A model generated the notes under the pieces. It ran no database searches and was not told the DNA's origin. It worked only from the letters and a program-made list of their open reading frames with translations. DNA of 64,000 nucleotides from an uncultured Candidatus Rokubacteria bacterium. Its GTDB lineage: Bacteria; Methylomirabilota; Methylomirabilia; Rokubacteriales; DASRDR01. Shown one piece after another: positions 50,141-60,276 of this stretch; the stretch's first letter is position 1; each line of letters opens with the position of its first letter. The stretch covers positions 64,001 to 128,000 of the forward strand of contig CAWDVE010000024.1 in assembly GCA_963805625.1 (NCBI GenBank), given 5' to 3'. The position numbers and the translations under genes are program-made.

Positions 50141-50815
50141 CTAGCGGGAGTCCGCATCGTGTGTCTCGCACGCGAGGTGTCGTGTCAAGCGCACCTCATC
50201 CCCGACGCTGATCGTCCCCCCCTCAACCACCTGGGCATTCAGCGCGAGCTTTCCACCAAACCGCTTGACGATGTGGTTCAATACCGAGCGATCTTGCTCG
50301 AGCGTGTCGGGGTCGAACGTAGTCATGACGCAGCGACCGCGCAGATCCTGCACGTCGATGACGACATCTCCGATGCGGAGCCAGTGTCCGGGCCACGTGC
50401 GCTCGTCGAGACCATCGACATTATCGATCACGAGATTGGGTCTTAGGCGCCGGTGATCGTGTCCGAAGGCCCGGATCGCGCCGTCGGTCGCGACCAGCAG
50501 CGGGAGTACGTCAAACCGGTCGAGGCTGGCGTCGCGCACGAGCTTCGCGCCGGGCCCCACGATGGCGGCGACATCCGCTAGCACGCTCGGCTCGGTCCAC
50601 GGCCGACCGTCCACCAGTGGCTCTCCGGAGGCGCTCAGAGTCGCCTGATGTCCGAGCAATCGTGGGTGCGTTCGTGCCGTGATGACCCGGCCGGCAGCGT
50701 CCCGGACATGAACCACCCGATCTCCGACGATCCCCAGAGCATCGACGCCGGTCCGGTCGAGGCGTTCGCCCGCCATGGACTTTACCGGATATCGCCAGAT
50801 CTCCGAGACTCGCAT
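50141..50815 (-). CDS. MOSC domain protein
   Basis: IWRYPVKSMAGE, RRLRPNLV, RGRCVMTT. Confidence 0.92.
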   Translation of the reverse strand: MRVSEIWRYPVKSMAGERLDRTGVDALGIVGDRVVHVRDAAGRVITARTHPRLLGHQATLSASGEPLVDGRPWTEPSVLADVAAIVGPGAKLVRDASLDRFDVLPLLVATDGAIRAFGHDHRRLRPNLVIDNVDGLDERTWPGHWLRIGDVVIDVQDLRGRCVMTTFDPDTLEQDRSVLNHIVKRFGGKLALNAQVVEGGTISVGDEVRLTRHLACETHDADSR

Positions 50816-50855
50816 AATCTACTCCCCAGGATCGGTTCCCGCCTTGGGGTCCAGG

Positions 50856-51761
50856 CTAGGCGGTGATCCGGAGGGCGGATGGGCGGGACGTCGTAGCGGC
50901 CGGCGCGACCTTCTTGTCATAGAAGTTGCGGATCCCGGCCGCGATCTCCTCGAGGCAGTCCTCGATCGCAAAATGCCCGGAGTCCAGTCGATGCAGCTCC
51001 GCGCTCGGCAGGTCGCGCAGATAGGCCTCGCCGCCTTCCCGGGTGAAGAAGATGTCGTTCTGTCCCCAGAAGATGAGGGTCTTCGGTTGACGCTGGCGCA
51101 GGAACGCCCGCCAGGCGGGGTAGAGCGCGACGTTCGTCCGATAGTCGTAGAAGAGGTCGAGTTGCACGCGGCGCGCGTGCGGACGTTCCATGAACCGGAA
51201 GTCCATGTTCCAGTTGTCCGGGCTGATCAGCTCGGGGCGCTTGTGCCCATGGAGGTAGACCAGTTTGATCCCCTCCAGCTCCAGGAACGGCAGCAGTGGC
51301 GTCTCGGTCTCCGGGGCGCGTCTCTTCCAGAGCGCGTGACGGATGGCATCCCAGGCCGTGGTGAACCCCTCCTCATAGGCGTTCGTGTTCTGGAGGATCA
51401 GCCACTCCATCCACTCCGGGTGACGGCTCAGGATCCGGAAGCCGACGGGGCCGCCGTAGTCCTGCATGAACAGCCCGAACCGGGTGAAGCCGGTCTTGAG
51501 GAGGAGCCCCTCGACCACGTCAGACAGCCGGTCGAACGTGTAGGCGAAGGTGGCCGGGTCGGGCATGTCGGTGTTCCCGAATCCCGGGTAGTCGGGCGCG
51601 ATGATGTGAAAGCGGTCGGCCAGCGCCGGAATGAGATTCCGGAACTGGTGGGACGACGCTGGGAAGCCGCCGAGCAGGATCAGCTTCGGATTCCGTGGCT
51701 CACCGGCTTCGCGGTAGAAAACGGAGAGACCGTCAACGGTGGTGGTCTTGTGTCGGGTCAT
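50856..51761 (-). CDS. Alpha/beta hydrolase (epoxide hydrolase/haloalkane dehalogenase-like)
   Basis: GFPASS, APDYPGFG, QDYG nucleophile Asp, WGQND, SGHF. Confidence 0.92.
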   Translation of the reverse strand: MTRHKTTTVDGLSVFYREAGEPRNPKLILLGGFPASSHQFRNLIPALADRFHIIAPDYPGFGNTDMPDPATFAYTFDRLSDVVEGLLLKTGFTRFGLFMQDYGGPVGFRILSRHPEWMEWLILQNTNAYEEGFTTAWDAIRHALWKRRAPETETPLLPFLELEGIKLVYLHGHKRPELISPDNWNMDFRFMERPHARRVQLDLFYDYRTNVALYPAWRAFLRQRQPKTLIFWGQNDIFFTREGGEAYLRDLPSAELHRLDSGHFAIEDCLEEIAAGIRNFYDKKVAPAATTSRPSALRITA

Positions 51762-51820
51762 GTGATGCCCTCCTCATTGATCTGGTTCGTGCTCTTAGGG
51801 GTCAGCACTCCTCGGTACGG

Positions 51821-51837
51821 AGCAAGAGCGACGCCAG
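51821..51837 (-). promoter_or_regulatory. sigma54 -24/-12 promoter
   Basis: Minus strand CTGGCGTCGCTCTTGCT (GG-N10-GC, TTGCT), 60 bp upstream of the hydrolase and next to a divergent bEBP gene. Confidence 0.7.
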
Positions 51838-51961
51838 GACGCCTGGAAGGAACTAACTGACTGAAAACATTGGTTCTGAGGGGCTGAACGCCCGGCCCAA
51901 CCTGTCGTGAGAATTCACGGCGTCGCGAATCCTCGGCGCCGTCTCGCGACATCTAACGAGC

Positions 51962-53596
51962 ATGGATCTCCTGCCCGTGATTCTCGCCATGGCTCAGGCG
52001 GAAGGACCGACGTCGGTGCTGGGCCATGTGGTGGGGGCGGTGCTCGAGCACGACGAGATCGCGCTGGCACGCGTGTGGTTTCTCGATGACGAGGACTGCC
52101 CGGTCTGTCCCGTGCCCGGCGTCGAGCCCGAGGCCCCCGCTCTCCATCTCCGCGCCAGTGGCGGGAGTCCCGCTAGGCCGGTCATGGAGTCGAGTCGGAT
52201 CGAGGGGCCGTGTCATCGAGTGCCGATGCAGGCGCGGTCGAGGATCGCCGACTGTGCGGCGCAGCGGGAGCCGCTGCTGCTGTTCGAGCTCGATCAGGCT
52301 GGCGAGTGCGGCGTCGAGCCCGAGTTCGTGCGCCGAATGGCGCTTCGCGGGGGCGTGGCGTACCCGTTGCGCTTCAGAGACAAGGTCGTGGGCGTGCTCG
52401 CCGGCTATCTTCGAACACCCCCACAGGATGCGGGACAGCGCTGGCTGCCGACGTTGGCGGCTCATGCCGCGGTGGCCATCGGCAACTGCCGCGCGTTCCA
52501 GGAGATCAAGCGACTCCACCGGCGGCTCGAAATGGAGCGTGACTATCTACTCGAAGAACGCGGCCAGGCGGGCGCCTTCGAGGAGATCGTCGGCAAGAGC
52601 GAGGCGCTGGAAGGGTTGCTGCGCCAGGTGGAGCTGGTGGCGCCGACCGATGCGAATGTGCTCATCCAGGGTGAGTCGGGAACCGGGAAGGAACTCGTGG
52701 CGCGGGCGATTCACCAGCGAAGCCCCCGAGCCGCGCGAGCAATGGTCAAGGTCAATTGCGGGTCGATCCCCAAGGAGCTCTTCGAAAGCGAGTTCTTCGG
52801 GCATGTCAAGGGCGCGTTCACGGGAGCCATCCGCGATCGGGTCGGCCGCTTCCAGCTGGCCGACCGGGGCACGTTGTTCTTGGACGAGGTCGCCGAGATT
52901 CCGCTGGATCTGCAGGCCAAGCTCCTCCGCGTGCTCCAAGAGGGTGAGTTCGAACGCGTCGGGGAGGAGACCACTCACCGAGTCAGCACGCGCATCCTCG
53001 CCGCCACGAATCGAGACCTGCGCGCCGAGGTCGATGCCGGCCGGTTTCGGCTCGACCTATTCTACCGGCTGAGCGTGTTTCCGCTGCGGGTGCCGTCGCT
53101 GCGCGATCGACGGGAGGATATCCCGCTGCTGGTGGCCACGTTCGTGCATCAGGCCTGTCAGCGGCAGCACCGTCCGGTGCCGAGGGTGCCGCAACGAGAG
53201 CTCGACAAACTGATGGCGTACGACTGGCCCGGCAATATCCGCGAGCTGCAGCACGTCGTCGAGCGGGCCGTGATTCTCGCGTCTCGAGGGGTGCTGCAAT
53301 TCTTGGGGCTCGTGTCCGATGAGGCGCGGCGCGCTGAGCGAGCGCGCCCGGGCGCAGCCTCGAACCCCGAGTACTACACCGACAAGGAATGGCGACGGAT
53401 GGAGCGGGACAATCTGACAGCAGCGCTGCGGAAGGCTGGTGGGAGAGTGGCGGGTCCCGCGGGGGCGGCGGCGCTGCTGGGCATGAATGCGAACACGCTC
53501 GCCTCGCGGCTGCGTGCATTTGGACTTCGTCGAACCTACCGGAATGATCCGGCGATGCGTGCGGAGGGCGGATCAGACCGGGCTGGCGAGGATTAG
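51962..53596 (+). CDS. sigma54-dependent enhancer-binding protein (GAF + AAA+ + Fis HTH)
   Basis: GESGTGKE, ESEFFGH, GAFTGA, FLDEV, WPGNIREL, C-terminal HTH. Confidence 0.96.
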   Translation: MDLLPVILAMAQAEGPTSVLGHVVGAVLEHDEIALARVWFLDDEDCPVCPVPGVEPEAPALHLRASGGSPARPVMESSRIEGPCHRVPMQARSRIADCAAQREPLLLFELDQAGECGVEPEFVRRMALRGGVAYPLRFRDKVVGVLAGYLRTPPQDAGQRWLPTLAAHAAVAIGNCRAFQEIKRLHRRLEMERDYLLEERGQAGAFEEIVGKSEALEGLLRQVELVAPTDANVLIQGESGTGKELVARAIHQRSPRAARAMVKVNCGSIPKELFESEFFGHVKGAFTGAIRDRVGRFQLADRGTLFLDEVAEIPLDLQAKLLRVLQEGEFERVGEETTHRVSTRILAATNRDLRAEVDAGRFRLDLFYRLSVFPLRVPSLRDRREDIPLLVATFVHQACQRQHRPVPRVPQRELDKLMAYDWPGNIRELQHVVERAVILASRGVLQFLGLVSDEARRAERARPGAASNPEYYTDKEWRRMERDNLTAALRKAGGRVAGPAGAAALLGMNANTLASRLRAFGLRRTYRNDPAMRAEGGSDRAGED

Positions 53597-53714
53597 GCGA
53601 CGGTCGGGGTGCCCGTACTGCGTGGTCCCCGCCCAATCTGAGCTCCCGGCGCGATCCACAGAGCTGTTCCGCAGCTGACCGTGCTCCCCTGGGGCGGGAT
53701 CTGCCATCGTGCTG

Positions 53715-54439
53715 CTACCAGCCGGCACGTACCCAGGACATCCGGACGGGCTTGCACGCGGTCTCCATCCATGCCCGCAGCGTCTCGGACACGCTCCACG
53801 CTTGGGCGATGCACCCGCGCGGGCGGAAGGGGGGATCGCCCTCGAAGAGCTCGGCGATGCTGCCCACGCCGAAGTCGTCGAGGTGGTGCGCCAGCGGCTC
53901 GAGAAACGTCCGGGCCGCCGCCGGGTCGCCATAAACGCGCACGTGCGCCAGCACAAAGGGGCCGAGCAGCCACGCCCAGGCCGGCCCCTGACCAGCGTCT
54001 TGATCTCCACGTCCATCGGCCCGGCGGCTCGGATCAGCCGATATCGGACGTACGTCGTGTTGGCACCGGGCTCCATGAAGATGCGCTTCTCGAGTAGGGC
54101 GTCTGCACAGGCGTACGTCCAGACCGGGGTCGTCCCGTCGAGCCGGAACTCCTGGAGGTCCGCGTGGCCAGATGGTTCGACCGTGCCGTCAGCCCAGCGG
54201 TTGGCGAAGAGTGGGTGGGTGAGGCCGGCGTATTCGACCTGCTCGTCGACCTTGGCGACGAGCAGGGTGCGCCCGAGCGGTGGCTCGAGGGCGGCGACGA
54301 GGAGCCCGTGATAGCGTCGCGTGAGCACGCCCGGCACCGTGCCCGACGCGAAGCCGCCGATCCCGTTCGTGCAGAGCCACTCACGCGTTTCCGCCGTCGC
54401 CAGGTCGCCGCAGATCTCCCGCCCCCACGCGAGGTTCAT
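53715..54439 (-). pseudogene. Glycogen debranching enzyme (amylo-alpha-1,6-glucosidase) with a large internal deletion
   Basis: N-terminal REWLCTNGIGGFASGT...RRYHGLL joined near 53990, out of frame, to C-terminal QGPAWAWLLG...IAELFEG...CIAQAWSV. Confidence 0.88.
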
Positions 54440-55470
54440 GGCTGGACCACCTTCAGGGCATGTCCGTCGGGATCGCGGATCAGGACCCCCTTCGTGAAGC
54501 CGAGCTCCCGCTCGGGCGGCTCCGCGACGCTCGACGACAGGAGGGCGCAGGGGCCCCCGCGCACCGCGCGCGCCACGGCCTCCGCGTCGTCGCTGGCCAG
54601 GGTCGTCTGCCAGTGGACGAGGTCGTTGGATCGCGTATCGGCCGGGATCGGTCGCCCGTCTCGGGGTGTCACGTATTCGAGAAACTCGACGCTCGGGCCC
54701 GACGGCGCCCGCAGCGCCGTGATGCGAAGGTGGGCGCCGAACACGTTGTTCAGCCGCTCCTGCTCCGGGCCGTAGTTCTCGCTCTCGCCGGCGACCCGGA
54801 GCCCCAGGGTGTCCCGGTAGCACCTGAGGCTCACCTCGGTGTTGCCGACGACGATCGCCGTGTGGTCAATGCCGAGGAAGAGTCGATTGCTCGGCCGGTG
54901 CCACTTCGGATCGCCCTTGCCCGGTGGGAACCAGAGGACCTCGAGGGGGTGACCGTCCGGGTCCTTGAAGTAGAAGGCCCGGATCCCGCCCGCGTTCGGG
55001 TTCCAGTCCGGTAGGCGTTGAGGGACTGGCGAGGCGTGCTCCGCCCGGTGCTGCCGGAGCCACGCATAGGCGCGATCCATGTCGCTCACGATGATCGCGA
55101 TGTGCTGGAACCAGCGGTCGTGGCTCCGCGAGTCCACGGGGACCGGCCGCCCCCGGGGCGTCAGGTACTCCGTCAGCTCGATCGCCTCGTCGCCCAGCCG
55201 CATCCGCACGACACGCATCCGAAGCCCGAACACCCCCTCCAGCCGCTCATAGTTCTCGCCCCACACCTCGACATCCGAGACCGTCTCGAACCCCAGAACC
55301 TGGTGGTAGAAGGCGATCGATCGGTCCATATCGGAGACGGTCATCCCGACGGCATCGACCGCGCGGATGAGGCCCGCCGGTTGTGCGTCCGACGCACGCC
55401 CGGCCGGGAGCCCCAGCCCGGCAGCGAGGACGAGGAGTCCCAGCACCGCGATCCGCGATCGGGTGGTCAT
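54436..55470 (-). CDS. Secreted two-domain VOC/glyoxalase family protein
   Basis: Signal peptide, VGMTVSDMDRS, FQHIAI, YFKDPDGHPLE, IDHTAI, RDPDGH. Confidence 0.9.
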   Translation of the reverse strand: MTTRSRIAVLGLLVLAAGLGLPAGRASDAQPAGLIRAVDAVGMTVSDMDRSIAFYHQVLGFETVSDVEVWGENYERLEGVFGLRMRVVRMRLGDEAIELTEYLTPRGRPVPVDSRSHDRWFQHIAIIVSDMDRAYAWLRQHRAEHASPVPQRLPDWNPNAGGIRAFYFKDPDGHPLEVLWFPPGKGDPKWHRPSNRLFLGIDHTAIVVGNTEVSLRCYRDTLGLRVAGESENYGPEQERLNNVFGAHLRITALRAPSGPSVEFLEYVTPRDGRPIPADTRSNDLVHWQTTLASDDAEAVARAVRGGPCALLSSSVAEPPERELGFTKGVLIRDPDGHALKVVQP

Positions 55471-55496
55471 GTCCGCTCTCCCTGGCGTCCGGGGCC

Positions 55497-57068
55497 TCAC
55501 CGGAGCCGCTCGAGCAGGTGGTCTCCCACCCGGAGGGCATTCGCCATGACGGTAAGGGCGGGGTTCACCGCGCCGCTCGACGGGAAGACGCTGGCGTCCA
55601 CGACGTAGAGGTTGCCCACCTCGTGGGCTCGGCAGTTCTGGTCCAACGCGGACGTCTTCGGGTCGCGACCGAACCGCACCGTCCCGTTCTGATGGGCGAC
55701 GCCCGCGAGCGGAATGCGTTGGCCGAGGTAGAGGCTCCGGGCGAAGAGCCCCTCGTGACACTCGTGGCCGTGGACCGTGCAGCGCGTCTGCTGCTTCATG
55801 AGGTGCTTCAGCTTGTCGATGAGCCGGGTATGCCCTTCCTCGTTGTTCGGCTGGTAGCTGAGCACGATGTTGCCGGCCCGATCGAGGGTCACCCGGTTGT
55901 TCGGATCCGGGAGATCCTCCGAGGTGAGCCAGAAGTCCAGCGAGTGCTTGGCCATCAGGTCGAGGGTCCAACCCGGGGCGACGGCGGGCGCCCCAGCCTT
56001 CAGCGTGTCCCCGTCGAGCTTGCCGACGAAGGAGATGTGCCCCATCGGGAACTCCCACTCGGACGAGCCGAAGTAGAAGTCGTTCACCGCGAGCGTCTTC
56101 TGGAAGACGGTCGGGTTCGGACACTTCGAGAGGGCCATCAGCACCGAGTTGACATGACCCATGTAGTGACGGCCCACGACGTCCGAGCCGTTGGCCAGCC
56201 CGTGCGGATGCTTGTCGGTGGCCGACCGGAGCAGGAGCGCCGCCGAGTTGATGGCGCCGCACGACACGACGACCACGTCGGCCGAGTAGACTTCCTTGGC
56301 CCCCTGGCGTTCGACGATCACGCGCGTCACCTCGCCGCCCGAGGGGCTGGTCTCCAGCCGGGAGACGTAGGCCCCGGTCCGGAGTGTGACGTTCGGGTGC
56401 TCGAGCGCAGGATCCACGCAGAGCACCTGGGCATCGGCCTTCGCGTAGACGAGGCACGGATGGCCATCGCAGGTGCCGCAGCGGATGCAGCGGCTCTTCC
56501 GGGGGTTCTGCTCGTCGAGCAGAACGCCGAGCGGCACGTGAAACGGTCGGAGCCCCAGGCGGGCGAAGTCGTCACTGAGCTGCTGCATACGAGGCTCGTG
56601 GCTGACCACCGGGTGGGGGTACGGCGTGCTGGCCGGGGGGTCGGTCGGGTCCTCCCCCCGCCGACCGTGCACGTGATAGAGCTGCTCGGCCTGCGTGTAG
56701 TAGGGCTCCAGGTCCTCGTAGTGAATGGGCCACGCGGGCGAGATTCCGCCCCAGTGTTTGAGCTCCCCGAAGTCCTCCCGGCGCAGCCGAAAGAGCGCGG
56801 CCCCGTAGAACTTGGTGTTGCCCCCGACCCAGTAGTTCGTGTGGGGATGGAGCGGCTCGCCGTCCGTGGTGCGCCAGACCTCCTTGGTGTTGTACTTCCC
56901 CTCGAGGTTGACGGCCCGCGTGCTCCAGTTGTCCTTCTCGCGCGGGACATAATCGCCCCGCTCGAGGAGCAGGATGCGCTTGCCCGAGGGAGCCAGACGA
57001 TGGGCCAGCGTGCCGCCGCCGGCCCCGGTTCCGATGATGATCACGTCGTAGCGGCTCGTCTCGTTCAT
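55497..57068 (-). CDS. GMC-family FAD oxidoreductase
   Basis: IIIGTGAGGG, VGGNTKFYG, CIRCGTCDGHPC, AHQNGT, VNPALT. Confidence 0.95.
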   Translation of the reverse strand: MNETSRYDVIIIGTGAGGGTLAHRLAPSGKRILLLERGDYVPREKDNWSTRAVNLEGKYNTKEVWRTTDGEPLHPHTNYWVGGNTKFYGAALFRLRREDFGELKHWGGISPAWPIHYEDLEPYYTQAEQLYHVHGRRGEDPTDPPASTPYPHPVVSHEPRMQQLSDDFARLGLRPFHVPLGVLLDEQNPRKSRCIRCGTCDGHPCLVYAKADAQVLCVDPALEHPNVTLRTGAYVSRLETSPSGGEVTRVIVERQGAKEVYSADVVVVSCGAINSAALLLRSATDKHPHGLANGSDVVGRHYMGHVNSVLMALSKCPNPTVFQKTLAVNDFYFGSSEWEFPMGHISFVGKLDGDTLKAGAPAVAPGWTLDLMAKHSLDFWLTSEDLPDPNNRVTLDRAGNIVLSYQPNNEEGHTRLIDKLKHLMKQQTRCTVHGHECHEGLFARSLYLGQRIPLAGVAHQNGTVRFGRDPKTSALDQNCRAHEVGNLYVVDASVFPSSGAVNPALTVMANALRVGDHLLERLR

Positions 57069-57119
57069 GGACGCCTCCCTTGGAGTAGGCGGAGTTGAAT
57101 CAGCTTCGACGACCTAGGC

Positions 57120-58117
57120 GCTTAGATGCGAGCGCCCGGTGCCGAGGTTCCCGCGCGTCGTCCCGAGTGGTCAGCTCCCGACCGCCGCGCCCGTATTGAG
57201 CCGAACCCCCGCCCCCCGCCAGCCCAATCCCAGCCCGTAGAGCCCACGAAACCCGAGGGCCGTTCCGAAGAGGAACGGGCCGAGCACGTCCAGACCGAGA
57301 TGGCGGGCCAGGACGCCGGCGGCTCCCGGAAGGGCGGCGGTCCCCAGGTAGAACGCGGCAACCTGGAAGCCAATTGCGTGGGTGGCGCGGGTCGTCCCTA
57401 CCCGCTCGGGCGTAGTTGCGACCAGGAGCGGGAAGATCGGCGCCCCCGACTGCCAGTCCGGCGTAGACGAAGAAGAGGCCGACGTTCAGCCAGACCGCGG
57501 GTTGCCGGAGCGCTTCGCCGATCCCAGGGGCCATGCGAGCGAGCGGCGCCGGTCCTTTCTCCCCCGCCCAGCGACCCTCCGTCGGGACGAAGCCGATGGT
57601 CATGGTCGCCAGCACGACCCCGATCAGGCCATAGGCCATCCGCCACGATCCCGTGGCGCCGAGGACGGCGCCGGTCAGCAGGGTGGCCCCGATGCCTTAG
57701 CTCGCGTGCAGCCAGGTCGTCACGCGGGCCGAGAGGTGCGCGGCGGCGAAAGCGTTAATCCCGGCGTCGATTGCCCCGCGCCCAGGCCAGCCACGACGGC
57801 GCTCACGACGACGACCTCCCAGACGGGGGCCAGCGCTTAGGCGAGAGCGCTGGCCGCCGTGGGGGCGCTGCTCGCCGCCAGGACCCGGCCGAGGCCCATC
57901 CGCGCAACGAGGGCCTCGCTGGCGAAGCTCGATGCGAGGTAGCCGACCATGGCGGCAGTCAGGCGGCCGCCGAGCGGCTCATCGGCAACGCGAAGCTGCC
58001 TCGCATGGACGGCCACGCCACGCCGAGGACGCCGTCGGGCAGCCCGAGACTGAAAAATGCGAGTAGCGCGATCAGGCTCAGCGACCGGCCGGATCGGCTC
58101 GATGCGTCGCTCCTCAC
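57120..58117 (-). pseudogene. MFS transporter pseudogene
   Basis: LAFFSLGLPDGVLGVAWPS, GAIDAGIN, APIFP segments interrupted by TAA stops and frameshifts. Confidence 0.8.
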
Positions 58118-59581
58118 GGCTGGGTTCGCAGAGCCTGGCTGGGCGCTCTGCTGCGCGGCGAGTCGAGCAGGCGAAACAGGAGATTGTCGGTGAAGCCCAG
58201 ATCCTGGGTCAGGGCCAGATGGTCCGAGAAGAGGAAGGTTACGCTGCTCCACGCGATCGGGGACGCCAGCCCCGGCGTCCACGCCTGACCGACCCGCTCG
58301 TCCAGCACGGCACTAGTCCGGAGCACCGTCCCGTCCCCCGGTCCCTGCTCGCGAACGGCGAGCTGGCCGGAGGCGGGGTCCACGGCCAGCCGGGCCGCGG
58401 TCGGCTTCGCGTCGCCGGCGAAGAGGTGGACGTCGAGGCCCGTCGGCGGCGTCGCCAGGCGGTCGAGAGCCGCATGGAGCTGCTTCGCCCGAGCGAGCGC
58501 CTTGCGAAGATGATCCCGGGCGATTTGCTGACGGGCGGCGGGCTCGGAGACATCGGGCAGGAGCCACGCCAGTGCGGGGTCGCGCTCGGCCGCCAGTCCC
58601 CAGCCGAACCGCTCCCAGACGGCGGGGTCGAACACGTCGAGATCGCGGGCATCCGCTCCCTGGCCTTCGACGACGGCGCCATGTCGCATCCGCGGCAGGA
58701 GCCGGTAGATGGACGGCATGGGTGCCGAGCACGGCGGCCGGGTAGCGCGGCAAGATGGGGGCGAACCGTCGGCCCTCGACGAGCTGGATCAAGGCGTCGG
58801 CAGACCCGGCGTTCGGCGTCCCGATCAAGATCACGCGGTTCACGTACGCGGCGCCAGCCCAGGTTAGCGGCGGGAGGGAGCCGTCCGCCGGCAGGTCGAC
58901 GGGTCCATGGCGGAGGTAGTACCGGGTGAGCAGCCCCCCCATCGAGTGGGCGACGATGTCGAACTTGAGGTCGGGCCGATCGATCCCGTAGCGCCGCTTG
59001 AGCTCGGCGATCACGTAGGCTCGCTTCTCCAAGATGAATTCGTGGAGCCGTCGCGCGTTCTCCACGTTGTCCCGCCGCCAGTCATACGGGAACTGGAAGC
59101 AGGTGAAGTGCCCGGGGCCATAGTCGAGCTGGCCCATGCGGCCGAGGGTCTCGTCCCGATAGCCGCCAACGCCGAGCGTTCGCAGGATGTAAAGATAGGC
59201 CTGCGGCTCGATCGGCAGCCCGAGGAGGCTCACGCGCACGCGATCCAGCACGCCCGTCGGCTCCACGGTGTCACGGAGCTCGGCGAGGGGACGCCCCTCG
59301 GCCATCGGGAGCGCGACGAGCCGGGCGCCGTCCGGTCGGCTCGGGTTCGCGTAGGTGCCAGCGAACGCGCCCCACACCACCCGGCCGGTGCCCGGATCCA
59401 TGAGCTTCGAGCCGCCGATGCCGGGCACCACGATCACGGGGTTGCGAGTGGCGTCTCCGCCCTGGGCCGCGCGGTTGTAGAGGCCCCCAAGGTCTGGCGC
59501 CGGTGCGAGGCTGGCGGCGCAGCCCGCCATGAGCCCTGCGGCTACCAGCGCGCCGATCGCGGATCTGCGGATCCTCGGCAT
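58114..59581 (-). CDS. Lipoprotein lipase/acyltransferase (LCAT/PGAP1-like), one frameshift near 58721
   Basis: Lipobox MAGC, VPGIGGSKL, YDWRRD, AHSMGG, GTPNAGS, GDGTV; one extra C in GGCACCCATG. Confidence 0.85.
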
Positions 59582-59646
59582 GACGCCCCTTTCCGAGCCA
59601 CGTGAGCGGCCCCGCTCGTGTGGCTTTCTCTCGTCAGACGCTCGGG

Positions 59647-60252
59647 CTAGACGAGCCAGCGTAGCCACCCCGCGCGCCGGTTGCCCCGTGCCGCCGCGCG
59701 ATCGAGCGGGGGCGCCAGGAACCCGTCGACGCCGAAGCTCCGCCCGGCGTCGGTCAGGAGGAAGAGCGCGGGGAACATGAGGAGCATCGTGTAGGTCCAG
59801 CCCCACTCGTTCGGGACATTCAGGATGCTGACCGTGATGTTGGCGGCCATGCCGATCGCCACGAGGGACCCCAGCCGGGCGCCGAGCCCGAGGATCAGCG
59901 TCACGGCGATGAAGGTTTCGGTGCAGAGCGTCATCCAGCCGAAGAAGGTCCAGTGGGGGATCACGACGTTGAGCTGGAAGTCCTTGTAGGCGTTCAGCGT
60001 CGGGTGCTGGATGCCCTGCTGGAACCAGTACCAGAGGCCGCCGCCGGACTTCCGGCCGAAGTCGTCGGAGGGTACCTTCCAGGCGGACTGTTGCCACCAG
60101 AGGTACCCGTAGAGGATTCGGGCTAGCCCGAGCGGCCACAGGGGGGCCGTGGCCCGGAGCCAGCCCGTGCGCGGACGATCCTCCGCCGGCGCCGCGTGGC
60201 CATTTCGTGCGGATCCCATCGTGACCGGCTCGGTCTGCAGTGTGGTTGGCAA
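59647..60252 (-). CDS. DoxX/DoxD (TQO small subunit-like) membrane protein
   Basis: LARILYGYLW, WKVP, TM helices, EWGWTY, AGRSFGVD. Confidence 0.8.
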   Translation of the reverse strand: MPTTLQTEPVTMGSARNGHAAPAEDRPRTGWLRATAPLWPLGLARILYGYLWWQQSAWKVPSDDFGRKSGGGLWYWFQQGIQHPTLNAYKDFQLNVVIPHWTFFGWMTLCTETFIAVTLILGLGARLGSLVAIGMAANITVSILNVPNEWGWTYTMLLMFPALFLLTDAGRSFGVDGFLAPPLDRAAARGNRRAGWLRWLV

Positions 60253-60276
60253 GGCGTTCCTTCCCCGCGCCGCCCG

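Noticed and set aside
51802-51828. CIRCE-like sequence TCAGCACTC-N9-GAG
   Set aside because: The right arm matches only 4 of 9 positions, it is not near a heat-shock gene, and it overlaps a better sigma54 promoter
54436-56457. 673-aa and 667-aa extended ORF calls (also 58313-60316)
   Set aside because: The N-terminal extensions overlap the GMC and DoxX genes in other frames; the likely starts are 55470 and 59581
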